Origin: Squalus acanthias
Lineage: Eukaryota
DNA length: 64,000 bases
Direction of reading: 5' to 3'
Assembly: GCA_030390025.1 (NCBI GenBank)
Contig: CM059431.1
Coordinates: 99,698,001 to 99,762,000 of the forward strand
Positions 38,002 through 50,670 of the stretch are shown here, in pieces. A program made the translations under genes and the position numbers. The notes under the pieces were generated by a model. That model was not told where the DNA came from, did not search any database, and worked only from the letters and a program-made list of their open reading frames with translations. How positions within the stretch are numbered: position 1 is the stretch's first letter; the number at the start of each line of letters is the position of its first letter.

Positions 38002-40088
38002 GAAAGAAAAGAAAGACTTGCATTTCTATAGCGCCTTTCACAACCTCAGGACGTCTCAAAGCGCTTTACAGCTGGTGAAGCGCAGTCACTGCTGTAATGT
38101 CGGAATCGCGGCAACCAATTTACGCACAGCAACTCCCACAAACAGCATCGTGATAATGAGCAGATCATCCGTTTTTAGTGATGTTGGTTGGGGGATAAAT
38201 ATTTGCCCCAGGACACCGGGGAGAACTCCCCTGCTCTTCTTCGTTAAGCACCATGGGATCTTTCATGTCCACCTGAGGGGGCAGACGGGGCCTTGGCATA
38301 ACGTCTCATCCAAAAGATGGCAACTCCGACAGTGCAGCAATCCCTCAGTACTGCCCCTCCGACAGTGGAGCGCTCCCTCAGTACTGCCCCTCCGACAGTG
38401 CAGCTCTCCCTCAGTACTGCCCCTCCGACAGTGCAGCACTCCCTCAGTACTTCCCCTCCGACAGTGCAGCTCTCCCTCAGTACTGCCCCTCCGATAGTGG
38501 AGCGCTCCCTCAGTACTGCCCCTCCGACAGTGCAGCGCTCCCTCAGTACTGCCCCTCCGACAGTGCAGCACTCCCTCAGTACTGCCCCTTCGACATGTGC
38601 AGCATTCCTTAATACCGCCCCTCCGACAGTGGAGCGCTCCCTCAGTACTGCCCCTCCAACAGTGCGGCGCTCCCTCAGTACTGCCCCTCCGACAGTGCGG
38701 CGCTCCCTCAGTACTGCCCCTCCGACAGTGCAGCGCTCCCTCAGTACTGCACCTCCGACTGTGCGGCTCTCCCTCAGTACTGCTCCTCCGACACTGCAGC
38801 GCTCCCTCAGTACTGCCCCTCCGACAGTGCGGCGCTCCCTCAGTACTGCCCCTCCGACAGGGCAGCGCTCCCTCAGTACTGCCTCTCCGGAGTGCAGCGC
38901 TACCTCAGTACTGCCCCTCCGACAGTGCAGCGCTCCCTCAATACTTCCCCTCCGAAAGTGTAGCGCTCCCTCAGTACTGATCCTCCAACAGTGCAGCTCT
39001 CCCTCAGTACTGCCCCTCCAACAGTGCAGCGCTCCCTCAGTACTGCCCCACCGGCAGTGCGGCACTCACTCATTACTGCCCCTCCGAGAGTGGAGCGCTC
39101 CCTCAGTACTGCCCCTCCGACGGTAAGGCGCTCCCTCAGTACTGCCCCTCCGACAGTGGAGTGCTCCCTCAGTACTGCCCCTCCGAGAGTGCGGCGCTCC
39201 CTCAGTACTGCCCCTCCGACAGTGCGGCGCTCCCGCAGTACTGCCCCTCTGACAGATCAGCGTTCCCTCAGTAATGCCCCTCTGACAGATCTGCGCTCCC
39301 TCAGTACTGCCCCTCCGACAGCGCAGCTCTCCCACAGTACCGACCCTCCGACAGTGCAGCACTCCCTCAGTGCTGCCACACCGACAGTGCAGCGCTCCCT
39401 CAGTACTGTCCCTCCGACTGTGCAGCGCTCCCTCAATACTGCCCCTCCGACAGTGCAGCGCTCCCTCAGTACCGCCCCTCCGACTGTGCTGCGCTCCCTC
39501 AATACTGCCCCTCCGACAGTGCAGCACTCCCTCAGTACTGCCCCTCCGACAGTGCAGCACTCCCTCAGTATTGCCCCTCCGACAGTGCGGCGCTCCCTCA
39601 GTACTGCCCCTCCGACAGTGCGGCGCTCCCTCAGTACTGCCCCTCCGACAGTGCGGCGCTCCCTCAGTACTGCCCCTCCGACAATGCAGCGCTCTCTCAG
39701 TACTGCCCCTCTGACAGTGTGGCGCTCCCTCAGTACTGCCCCTCCGACAGTGCGGCGCTCCCTCAGTACTGCCCCTCCGACAGTGCAGCGCCCCCTCAGT
39801 ACTGCCCCTCCGACAGTGCAGTGCTCCCTCAGTACAGCCCTTCCGACAGTGCGGCGCTCCCTCATTACTGCCCCTCCGACAGTACGGCACTCCCTCAGTA
39901 CTGCCCCTCCGACAGTGCGGCGCTCCCTCAGTACTGCCCCTCCGACAGTGCAGCGCCCCCTCAGTACTGCCCCTCTGACAGTGCAGTGCTCCCTCAGTAC
40001 TCCCCCTCCGACAGTGCGGCGCTCCCTCATTACTGCCCCTCCGACAGTGCAGCGCTCTCTCAGTACTGCACTGGGATTGTCGGACTCG
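38002..40088 (-). mobile_element. Deu-domain SINE with about 53 x 33-bp array; tRNA head missing
   Basis: Tail and Deu body at 38002-38322 are the reverse complement of 53730-54069; array about 38325-40070. Confidence 0.93.
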
Positions 40089-40407
40089 TTTATCAGATGC
40101 TTTCTTTAAATCAGCTTCAAGTTCTTTTAAGAGTTTCAAGTAAAATTTTTCCTCAGATAAACAGAAGAATTTAAAGCTGAATCCTGTGTAGAAAGCTGAA
40201 TTTGAAAGTTTTAAAGAACTCTTATAAGAACTGTCGTCACTGTTTTACTGAACATTACCGAATGGCTTATTTTTCCTAATTTTATCTCTTGTGTGGCTGT
40301 CTCCCATTTCCATGCTTAATGTCCTTCAACAGAGCCGAAGGACAACTTCTTTTACCAATTTTATTAAACACTCACTCCTTGCATATGCAATACATCTCAA
40401 CAGTGCC

Positions 40408-41657
40408 AGCTGTGGCTCAGTGGGCAGCACTCTCGCCTCTGAGTCAGAAGGTCGTGGATTCAAGTCTCGCTCCAGAGACTTGCAGCTCAAAATCCAGGCT
40501 AACACTCCCAGTGCAGTGCTGAGGGAGTGCCGCACTGTCGGAGGGGCAGTACTGAGGGAGCGCCGCACTGTCGGAGGGGCAGTACTGAGGGAGCCCCGCA
40601 CTGTCGATGGGGCCGTACTGAGGGAGCGCCGCACTGTCGGAGGGGCAGTACTGAGGGAGCGCCGCAGTGTCGGAGGGGCAGTACTGAGGGAGCGCCGCAC
40701 TGCGGAGGGACAGTACTGATTGAGCGCCGCACTGTCGGTGGGACAGTACTGAGGGATCGCCGCACTGTCGGAGGGTCAGTACTGAGGGAGCGCCGCACTG
40801 TCGGAGGGGCAGTACTGAGGGAGCGCCGCACTGTTGGAGGGGCAGTACTGAGGGAGTGCCGCACTGTCGGAGGGGCAGTATTGAAAGAGCGCCGCACTGT
40901 CGGAGGGGCAGTACTGAGGGAGTGTGCATTGTCGGAGGGGCAGTACTGAGGGAGCGCCGCACTGTCAGAGGGGCAGTACTGAGGGAGTGTGCACTGTCGG
41001 AGGGGCAGTACTGAGGGAGCGCAGCACTGTCGGAGGGGCAGTACTGAGGAAGCGCCGCACTGTCAGAGGGGCAGTACTGAGGGAGTGCCGCACTGTCGGA
41101 GAGGCAGTACTGAGGGAGCGCCGCACTGTCGGAGGGGCAGTACTGAGGGAGCGCCGCACTGTCAGAGGGGCAGTACTGAGAGAGCGCCGCATTGTCGGAG
41201 GGGCAGTACTGAGGGAGCGCTGCACTGTCGGAGAGGCAGTACTGAGGGAGCGCTGCACTGTCGGAGGGGCAGTACTGAGGGAGCGCCGCACTGTCGGAGG
41301 GGCAGTACTGAGGGAGCGCTGCACTGTCGGAGGTGTCGTCTTTTGGATGAGACGTTAAACCAGGGCCCTGTCTGCTCTCTCAGGTGGACGTAAAAGTTCC
41401 CATGGCACTATTTCGAAGATGAGCAGGGGAGTTTTCCCTGGTGTCCTGGGCAATACTTATCCCTCAAACAACATAACAAAAACAGATCATTTGGTCATTA
41501 TCACATAGCTGTTTGTGAGAGCTTGCTTGTGCAAATTGGCTGCTGCGTTTCCTACATTACAACAGTGACTACACTTCAAAAAGTACTTCATTGACTGTAA
41601 AGCGCTTTGAGACGTCCGGTGGTCGTGAAAGGCGCTATATAAATGCAACTCTTTCTT
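40408..41657 (+). mobile_element. Full-length Deu-domain SINE with about 25 x 33-bp array
   Basis: Head tggctcagtggg...ggattcaagtc; array 40513-41333; Deu body ggatgagacgttaaacc...caggtggacgtaaaag; tail aaaggcgctatataaatgcaa. Confidence 0.95.
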
Positions 41658-41828
41658 ACTAATACCTCAAAGCTAAAAGGGTCATTTAGCTGAAGGTGTA
41701 ATGTACCTTTTAGTTTTAGCTTTTACTATCACAAGGCTACGAAACCATAACAAGCAAAAATGTACACAGAGCAGTCCTTCGATTAGAGCTTTGAGAATAC
41801 AAACCAGTTCCTCAGGTCACCATCCAAC

Positions 41829-42355
41829 GGGTCAGATCTTGCTGGACTGGGGCATCTCGTGGCGTGCCCCATTAGTTAGACTTTATCCCTCACTCTTCAG
41901 CTCGAAAATTCTTTTGCTCTGTAACTCGCTGGGAGTGCGAACTGATAACGGTGCAGTGAGGGCAACAGGGCATCTGGGACCCCAGTGAACAACGGGACCA
42001 ACAGTCTGGCTCCTTAACCCATGGGATTAAAGGATTGAGAAAGAAACAGAGGAACGACAGAGAAGGAAATCGGGCGAATTAGAGTCAAATCAGGTACAGA
42101 AAGTGAAATAAAGAGAGGGAAAGAAAAATTGGATTAAGAGAGAGAGAAAAAGAGACAGAAAGGAAAATAAGGAAAAAATTTAAAAGTTGACAATTTTTAA
42201 ATCTCTAAGAACAATTTAGCATCTGAAGGCGTGAGACTCCATCGTTTAACTTGTTTCAATTCTGGGCCAGAGAGGTTGATCGGCATTGCTTTAACAATCA
42301 CCACCTTGTTAAAAAGGTACTTAAGCTCTTAATTACTACATTTAACTTTCTGTCG
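41829..42355 (+). mobile_element. Partial copy of the non-autonomous DNA-transposon-like element at 59039-59813
   Basis: Colinear similarity: cagatcttgctgg...ggggcatctcgtgg...ggattgagaaagaaacagaggaacgac...tctgggccagagaggttga. Confidence 0.8.
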
Positions 42356-42361
42356 AAGAAA

Positions 42362-43110
42362 ACTTGGCGAGTTGCTGCTGTACAACTTGTCAATTTTACA
42401 CACTGCAGCCATTGTGTGCCAGTGAGGGAGGGGGTGGTTATTCAGCCCAATGACATGGGCACCAATCAAGTGGGTCCTCATGATCCCTGGATGATGTTGA
42501 ACTTTCTTGAGTCCCGGCAAGATGTGAGTATTTCCTCACACTCTTGACTTTGCCTTGTGGAGGGGTTTTGAGGTTACATTTTTGGTCAATGGTGACCCCC
42601 CCAAAAAAATATTGATGGCAGGGGTCTCGGTGATGGTGGTGCCATTGGAGTTTAAGGCAAGATGGTTTGGCTATTCCTTGTTGAGGATGGTCTTTGCCTG
42701 GGACTATTGTGGTGCACATTTTACCTGCCACTTGCTAGCCCAAGTCTGGATGTTGTCCAGGTCTTGCTGGTTTATTATCAACGGAGCTGAACACTGTGTA
42801 TCATCAGCAACAGCCTCACACCAGATCTTATAATAAAGGAAAGGTCATTGATGAAACAGCTGAAGATGGTTGGAACTAAAACACTGCCTTGAGGAACACC
42901 TGCAGCGATACCCTATGGCCGTGATGATTGACCTCTGACAACTATGATCATCATAACGTATGTCAGGTATCATTCCCGCTACAGAAGGGTTTTCCCCATC
43001 ACCCCAATTGGCCCTACTTATGCAAGGGCTCGTTGGTGCCAAACTCAGTTGGATGCTGTCTTGACGTCAAGAGCAATTACTCTCACCTCTACCCTGGCAT
43101 TCTGCTCTTG
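42362..43110 (-). mobile_element. Old, diverged LINE family-B-related RT fragment
   Basis: Minus-strand remnants such as HTMAAVCKI, GVTIDQK and cagctgtttcatcaatgaccttcc, colinear with 20420-21280. Confidence 0.7.
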
Positions 43111-43439
43111 TATCCGTACACAACCTGTTGACAATGCAAAAAAAAGCAATCTCATGCACACATGCATTCAGACACCCACACACCAAACTATTAAATTATA
43201 ACTCCATCTAAATATTGACCATCTAAATTGGATCAAACAAAGATTTTTCTAATTTAATCTGAATTGTTCCACTTCTCAGATTGATCTGAATTCCAAGACT
43301 TTATTAAAAACGCCTCCTTTTTAGCTTGTGTTTAATCTGTTGCCATATGGCACAACTTTTCATTCACTGCTTTGAACAGGTTAGATGGCAGAAGACACTT
43401 CGCTTGATAACCCCGCTGGTGTATTGCTTACAAGGGAAC

Positions 43440-43890
43440 GGTAGCATAGTAGTTATGTTCCTGGATTAGTAATCCAGAGGCCTTGGACTAATAATCCAGT
43501 AGACGTAAAGTCAAATCCCACCACAGCAGCTGGGGAATTTCAATTTAGTTAATTAAATAAATCTGGAATAAAAAGCTAGTGTCAGTAATGGTGACCATGT
43601 AACTACTGGATTATCGTAAAAACTCATCTGGTTCACTAATGTCCTTTAGGGAAGGAAATCTGCCGTCCTTACCCGGTCTGGCCTACATGTGACTCTAGAC
43701 GCACAGTAATGGTTGACACTTAACTGCCCTCTGAAATGGCCAAGCGAGTCACTCAGTTGTACCAAACCGCTATGACAAAGTCACTGTGAGAGTACCTTCA
43801 CCACATGGACTGCAGAGGTTGAAGAAGGTGGCTCACCACCACCTTCTCAAGAGCAATTAGGGATGAGCAATAAATGTCGGCCTTGCCAGC
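43440..43890 (+). mobile_element. tRNA-derived SINE with a LINE-family-B 3' tail
   Basis: Same body as 14521-14923, with a longer shared tail (cactgtg.gagtaccttcaccaca.ggactgcag...). Confidence 0.87.
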
Positions 43891-43904
43891 ATCTCCTCCT
43901 CCAG

Positions 43905-44720
43905 AACCCGTCCAACTCCCTTTTAAAACTATTGATGGAATCAGCTTCCACCACCTTTTCAGGTCGAGCGTTCCAGATCCCCACAACTCTCGGAGTGAAA
44001 AACCTTCTCCTCATCTTCCCTCCAGATCTTTGGCCAATGATTTTGAATCTGTGACCTCTGGTTATTGACCCACTCACCAGGGGGAATAGTTTTTCTCTAT
44101 TTACTTTATCAAAGCCTCTCATCATCTTGAAAACCTCTATTGGGTCACCTCGTAACCTTCTTTGTTCCAAAGAGAAGAGTCCGAACTTTTCCAACCTCTC
44201 CTCATAACTGAAGAACCTCATCCCTGATAACATCCTGGTAAACCTCCTCTGCACCCGTTCTAAGGCCTTTATACCTTTCCTGAAGTGTGGTGCCCAGAAT
44301 TGTCCACAATACTCCAGCTGAGACCTAACCAATGATTTATAAAGTTTGAGCATGATCTCTTTGCTTTTATATTCTATTCCTCTATTTATAAACCCAAGTA
44401 ACCCATATGCTTTTTTAACCACCTTATCAACTTGCTCTGCCATCTTTAAGGATTTGTGTAAATGGACACCAAGGTCTCTCTGCCCAACTACACTTTTCAA
44501 AATCGTGCCATTTATAGTTTACGGTCTTTCCATATTAATCCTCCCAAAGTGCATCACTTCACACTTCTCCACATTGAACTCCATCTGCCGAGCTTCTGCC
44601 CATTTCACCATCCTGTCTATGTCATCCTGAAGTCGACAACTATCCTCATCGCTATCTACAACGTTGCCAAGTTTCGTACCATCTGCAAACTTTATAATGC
44701 TGCTCCCTACACCCGAGTCT
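43905..44720 (-). mobile_element. CR1 ORF2 C-terminal fragment
   Basis: RDLGV...KKAYGLLGFINRGIEYKS...LVRSQLEYC...TRGHRFK. Confidence 0.92.
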
Positions 44721-45221
44721 AAAAAGAGTAATGAACCCCAAGCTGACTCCTGTTAAGTTTATAACTGAATTTCCACAAATTATTTTTCACACATATCAAA
44801 GGGTGTGTACAGAATGGAGGTAATCTAAAATAGAGTGCAAAAATGAATTTTAATTAGAAAGATTCTCTTTTATATTTAGAATAATTAGATAGCTAATGAT
44901 GATTTAAAGAGTTTAGAGTATGATGTTTAGAGAGGATCAACTGTAGTGATTAACAATTAAAAAATTAGCATTTTTAAGGATGACAATTAAAAGGAGAGGC
45001 TGCATAATTAATCACTTAAAAGGAACATTGCCCTGATCATATTACACACTTCATTCTTTCACAACACTGAGGAGAGGACAATGTTTGTGTAAACTATACA
45101 CTTACAATGCAGCAGAATACACAATTATTGGGTATACATGTACGGGAATATAAACTAAGGGAAATTTAATTGGAATAAACATTATTTATTGGCAGCAGTG
45201 ATAATACCACAGCACAATATT

Positions 45222-45833
45222 ATCATAGAATCACAGAATGACACAGCACAGAAGGAGGCCGTTCGGCCCATCGTGCCTGTGCCGGCTCTTTGAAAGAGCT
45301 CTCCAATTAGTCTCACTCACCCTGCTCTTTCCCCATAGCCCTGCAAATCTTTCCTTTCAAGTATTTATCCAATTCCCTTTTGAAAGTTACTATTGAATCT
45401 GCTTCCACCGCCCTTTCAGGCAGCGCATTCCAGATCACAACAACTCGCTGCCTCAAAAAATGTTTCCTCATCTCCCCTCTGGTTATTTCGCCAATTGCCT
45501 TCAATCTGTGTCCTCTGGTTACTGACCCTCCTGCCACTGGAAACAGTTTCTCCTTATTGACTCTATCAAAAACCTTCATGATTTTGAACACCTCTATCAA
45601 ATCTCTCCTTAACCTTCTCTGCTCTAAGGAGAACAATCCCAGCTTCTCCAGTGTCTCCACATAACTGAAGTCCCTCATCCCTGGAACCATTCTGGTCAAT
45701 CTCCTCTGCACCCTCTGCAGGGCCTTGACATCCTTCCTAAAGTGTGGTGTCCAGAATTGGACACAATACTCCAGCTGGGGCCTAACCAGTGATTTATAAA
45801 GGTTTAGCATCACTTCCTTGCTTTCGTACTCTA
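45222..45833 (-). mobile_element. CR1 3' fragment (tail type a)
   Basis: ORF 45313-45813, LVRPQLEYCVQFW...WNALPERAVEA. Confidence 0.93.
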
Positions 45834-46087
45834 CCTCTGTTCATACAGTTAAACTTAACTAAGTGCTTTGAAAATATAATCAATAACTGCATATTTATCA
45901 CCTAATATATGGATTATGCATTGCCTTTGAGAACATGTTTAAAAACAACAGACAGAATAAGAGGAGTATAGCATGATTGATTGGACATAGCTTGTCTGTG
46001 TGTGTGAATTATATGTTGAATTACATTTTAAGCACTGTTTCTTCACTCTGCTCTATATGTAAACGCTGTTTTATTGTACTACAAATA

Positions 46088-48110
46088 ATAATAATGGTGG
46101 GAAACAAGGAAATGGCAGAGACTTTGAACAAATATTTTGTATCTGTCTTCACGGCAAAGACACTAAAAGCATCCCAATAATAGTGGAAAATCAAGGGGCA
46201 AAAGGGAGGGAGGAACTTAAGCAATCACTATCACTAGAGAAAAAGTACTAGGCAAACTAATGGGACTAAAATAAAAACAGAAAATGCCGGAGATACTCAG
46301 CAGGTCAGGCAGCATCTGTGAAGAGAGAGACAGAGTTAAAGCTTCAGGTCGATGACCTTTCATTTGACGAAAGGTCATCGACCTGAAACGTTAACTCTGT
46401 TTCTCTCTTCACAGATGCTGCCTGACCTGCTGAGTATCTCCAGCTTTTTCTGTTTTTATTTCAGATTTCCAGCATCTGCAGTATTTTCTTTTTGTATTGT
46501 TGCAATGGGACTAAAGGCTGACAAGTACCCTGGACCTGATGGTCTGCATCCTAGGGTCTTAAAAGAAGTGGCTGAAGAGATAGTGGATGCATTGGTTGTA
46601 ATCTTTCAAAATTCCCTAGACTCTGGAAAGGTCCCAGCGGATTGGAAAACCGCAAATCTAACACCCCTGTTCAAGAAAGGAGGGAGACAGAAAGCAGGAA
46701 ACTATAGGCTGGTTAGCCTAACATCTGTCATTGGGAAAATGCTGGAATCCATTATTAAGGGAGTAGCAGCAGGACATTTAGAAAATCATAATACAATTAA
46801 GCAGACTCAACATGGTTTTATGAAAGGGAAATTGTGTTTGACAAATTTATTAGAGTTTTTTGAGGATGTAATGAGCAGGGTGGATAAAGGGGAACTAGTA
46901 GATGTAGTGTATTTGGATTTCCAAAAGGCATTCGATAAGGCGCCACATAAAAGGTTACTGCACAAGATAAGACCTCACGGTGTTGGGATAATATGTTAGC
47001 ATGGATAGAGGATTGGCTAACTAACAGAAAACAGAGAGTTAGGATAAATGGGTCATTTTCAGATTGGCAAACTGTAACTAGTGGGGTGCCACAGGAATCA
47101 GTGCTGGGGCCTCAACTATTTACAATCTATATTAATGACTTGGATGAAGGGACCGAGTGTACTGTAGCCAAATTTGCTGACGATACAAAAATAGGTGGGA
47201 AAGCAGTTGTGAGGAGGACACAAAGAGTCTGCAAAGGGATATAGATAGGCTAAGTGAGTGGGCAAAAATCTGGCAGATAGAGTATAATGTGGGAAAATGT
47301 GAGGTTATCCACTTTGGTAGGAAGAATAGAAAAGCAAATATTATTTAAATGGAGAGAGGCTACAGAATGCTGCAGTACAGAGGGATTATGGGTGTCCTTG
47401 TACACGAAACACAAAAAGTTAGCATGCAGGTACAGCAAGTAATTAGGAAGGCAAATTGAATGTTGGCCTTTAATGCAAGAGGGATGGAGTATAAAAGTAG
47501 AGAAGTCTTGCTACAACTGTACAGGGCGCTGGTGAGACCGCACCTGGAGTACTGCGTACAGTTTTGGTCTCCTTATTTAAGGAAGGATATACTTGCATTG
47601 GAGGCAGCTCAGAGAAGGTTCACTAGGTTGATTCCTGGGATGAAGGGGTTGTCTTATGAGGAAAGGTTGAGCAGGTTTGGCCTATACTCATTGGAGTTTA
47701 GAAGAATGAGGGGTGATCTTATTGAAACATATAAGATTCTGAGGGGGCTTGACGGGATAGATGCTGAGAGGATGTTTCCCCTCGGGGGGGAATCTAGAAC
47801 TAGGGGGCATAGTTTCAGATCAGAGGTCGCCCATTTAAAACGGAGATGAGGAGGAATTTCTTCTCTCAGAGGGTCGTGAATCTTTGGAATTCTCTACCCC
47901 AGAGAGCTGTGGAGGCGGAGTCATTGAATATATTCAAGGTGGAGATAGACAGATTTTTGAGCTACAGGGGAGTCAAGGGTTATGGGGAACAGGCAGAAAA
48001 GTGGAGTTGAGGCCAAGATCAGATCAGCCATGATCTTATTGAATGGCGGAGCAGGCTCGAGGGGCCGAATGGCCGACTCCTGCTCCTATTTCTTATGTTC
48101 TTATGTTCTT
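46088..48110 (+). pseudogene. 5'-truncated CR1 LINE ORF2 plus 3' UTR (type b), disrupted and interrupted at 46271-46503
   Basis: [52 protein letters not shown]; tail (ttcttatg)n. Confidence 0.95.
46271..46503 (+). mobile_element. Palindromic Penelope-like insertion with a 12-bp target-site duplication and a hammerhead-like core
   Basis: About 93-bp inverted arms centred near 46364 plus a roughly 40-nt one-sided tail; AATGGGACTAAA at 46259-70 and 46504-15. Confidence 0.8.
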
Positions 48111-48227
48111 AAAGATGTCTTTGACAGGAATGATTTTAGTTCATCTGGCACCATTATTTGCCTCTGTGAATCTCCCTTGTATGGAAGTTATGTTGCAGTT
48201 TATATAAAGCTCTGGGCAGACCCCATC

Positions 48228-48773
48228 TGGACACTGCGTTCAGTTCTGGGCCCCGCACCTCAGGAAGGAGATATTAGCCTTGGAGGGGGGGGCAGCGCAG
48301 ATTCACCAGAATGATACCGGGGCTAAAAGAGTTGAATTATGAGGACAGGTTGCACAGACTAGGCTTGTATTCCCTCGAGTGTAGAAGATTAAGGGGTGAT
48401 CTAATTGAGGTGTTTAAGATGATTGAAGGAGTTGATGGGGTAGAGAGAGAGAAACTATTTCCTCTGGTGGGGGGAGTCCAGAACAAGGGGGCATCACCTT
48501 AAAATTAGAGCCAGGCTGTTCAGGGGTGATGTCAGGAAGCACTTCTTCACACAAAGGGTGGTGGAAATCTGGAACTCTCCCTCCCCAAAAAAGCTGTTGA
48601 GGCTGGGGGTCAATTGGAAATTTCAAAACTGAGATTGATAGATTTTTGTTGGGGTAAGGGTATTAAGGGTTACGGAACCAAGGCGGGTAAATGGAGTTAA
48701 GATACAGATCAGTCATGATCTCATTGAATAGCGGAACAGGCTCGAGGAGCTGAATGGCCTCCTCCTGTTCCTA
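48228..48773 (+). mobile_element. CR1 3' fragment (tail type c)
   Basis: LNYEDRLHRLGLYSLECRRLRGDLIEVFKMI. Confidence 0.92.
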
Positions 48774-49223
48774 CAAAGCAGGAGACTGATTGAAAGCAGC
48801 ACCCACCGACCAGGAAACTGATTAGCCTGAAGGAGTCAGCACACTTCCTGCAGCTTGTGTGATGCGTAATTCCCATATGTTCACGTGTTATCGCTGGTAC
48901 ATCTGTTAAATATAATCTCAGTTGGTTTAGCACATTAGAGCTCCAGCATACTGTGCTGCAGGGTGTTAGGAAAAGGGATGCTTCCTGCGATTTATGTTCC
49001 CAGTTTCATTCCGCAATCAGCGGGAGCTTCCAAACAGGCACCAGACATCGTGAAGGAGGCGGAATGAGAGATCCCGAAACCACAGGCCACTCCAAACATC
49101 CCTTAGTGGTCAGAACAATCAATAGACGAGGCCAGGAAATAGGAGCCTTCTTGACTGAGGTAGGATACATAGGGCAGAGGAAGGAAATTTAGAAACTAAT
49201 ATATGGAAATAATATACTCCAGA

Positions 49224-49423
49224 AAGGAGGGTCTTAAAGGAGGCGAGAGAGAGGTGGGGAGGTTTAGGCAGGGAATTGCAGAGCTTAGGGCCTAGGCAGC
49301 TGGAGGTACTGGAGACAATGTTGGAGCGATGAAATCTAGGGATGTACAGGAGGCCAGAACTGGAGGAGTGCAGAGATCTTGGAGGGTTGTAGCGCTGGAA
49401 GAAGTTACAGAGATAGGGAGGCA
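49224..49423 (-). mobile_element. L2 fragment
   Basis: Minus ORF PPYLCNFFQRYNPPRSL...CLGPKLCNSLPK. Confidence 0.8.
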
Positions 49424-49821
49424 CCTTTTAGATCGGTGTTAGGCCCACTGAAAGCCCTGCCTTCCAATACGTCAAGCTACCAATCCACTCAGGAAGAAAA
49501 CAGGCAGCTTGCCTGACATTCAACTCAAACCCGACCGGCAAAGCGGTTTGGGCCTCTCACTGAGTATATCAGCGAGGCGGTCCAATCAGCCTCTTCCTGC
49601 CATACCCCACCCCTCCCTGCAATTCCCCCTGATATGTTCAAGTAACCAGGTGTTGTTCTGTTTAGTGCTGTTTTGCTTTGTTTAATTTAAATGCTAGGCA
49701 AATGTGCAGTTACATGAGTGAGCAGACACATTGTAAGTGTAGCTGAGGCTTTCAGAGTTTCGTACATGTGTGGGCACAGACATGCACACACATGTACAGA
49801 CACACACAGACACACGCACAC

Positions 49822-50670
49822 ATGATGGTTGTGGCGGTTGGAGGTCAATCATCACAGCCCCAAGACCTGGACTACGTTCAGGCTTGGGCTGATAAGTGAC
49901 CGGTAACATTCGCGCCACAGAAGTGCCAGGCAATGACTATCTCCAACAAGCGAGAGTCTAACCACCTCCCCTTGACATTCAATGGCATTACCATCGCCAA
50001 ATCCCCCACCATCAACATCCTGGGGGTCACCATTGACCAGAAACTTAACTGGACCAGAACATAAATACTGTGGCAACAAGAGTAGGTCAGAGGCTGGGTA
50101 TTCTGCGGCGAGTGTCTCACCTCCTGACTCCCAAAAGCCTTTCCACCATCTACAACGCACAAGTAAGGAGTGTGATGGAATACTCTCCACTTGCCTGGAT
50201 GAATGCAGCTCCAACAACACTCAAGAAGCTCGACATCATCCAGGCAAAGCAGCCCGCTTGCTTGGCACCCCATCCACCACCTTAAACATTCACTCCCTCC
50301 ACCACCGGCACACCGTGGCTGCAGTGTGTACCATCTACAAGATGCACTGCAGCAACTCGCCAAGGCTTCTTCGGCAGCACCTCCCAAACCCACGACCTCT
50401 TCCACCTAGAAGGACAAGGGCAGCAGGCGCATGGGAACACCACCACCTCCAAGTTCCCCTCCAAGTCACACACCATCCTGACTTGGAAGTATATCAGCCC
50501 TTCCTTCATCGTCGCTGGGTCAAAATCCTGGAACTCCCTCCCTAACAACACTGTGGGAGTACCTTCACCACATGGACTGCAGCGGTTCAAGAAGGCGCTC
50601 ACCACCACCTTCTCGAGGGCAATTAGGGATGGGCAATAAATGCTGGCCTTGCCAGCGACGCCCACAGCCC
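49822..50670 (+). mobile_element. LINE family B 3' fragment with an internal deletion
   Basis: Matches 20559-21590, lacking about 180 nt that includes the GVPQGS/FADD block. Confidence 0.92.

Noticed and set aside
38325..40070. CRISPR-like array (33-bp partly palindromic repeats); also the 37- and 51-bp arrays
   Set aside because: Units are head-to-tail with no unique spacers, there are no cas genes, and the context is a vertebrate intron.
33554..41393. ORFs with STAPPTVQRSL / HCRRGSTEGAL / LPQYCPSDSAA repeats (mucin-like or metal-binding-like)
   Set aside because: Translations of the 33-bp SINE minisatellite, open in several frames on both strands only because the unit is a multiple of three.
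43255..43330. gaattgttc... as a possible start of the next FGF exon (ELF...)
   Set aside because: Preceded by ct rather than AG, and the translation does not continue as TPECKFKESVFENYY.
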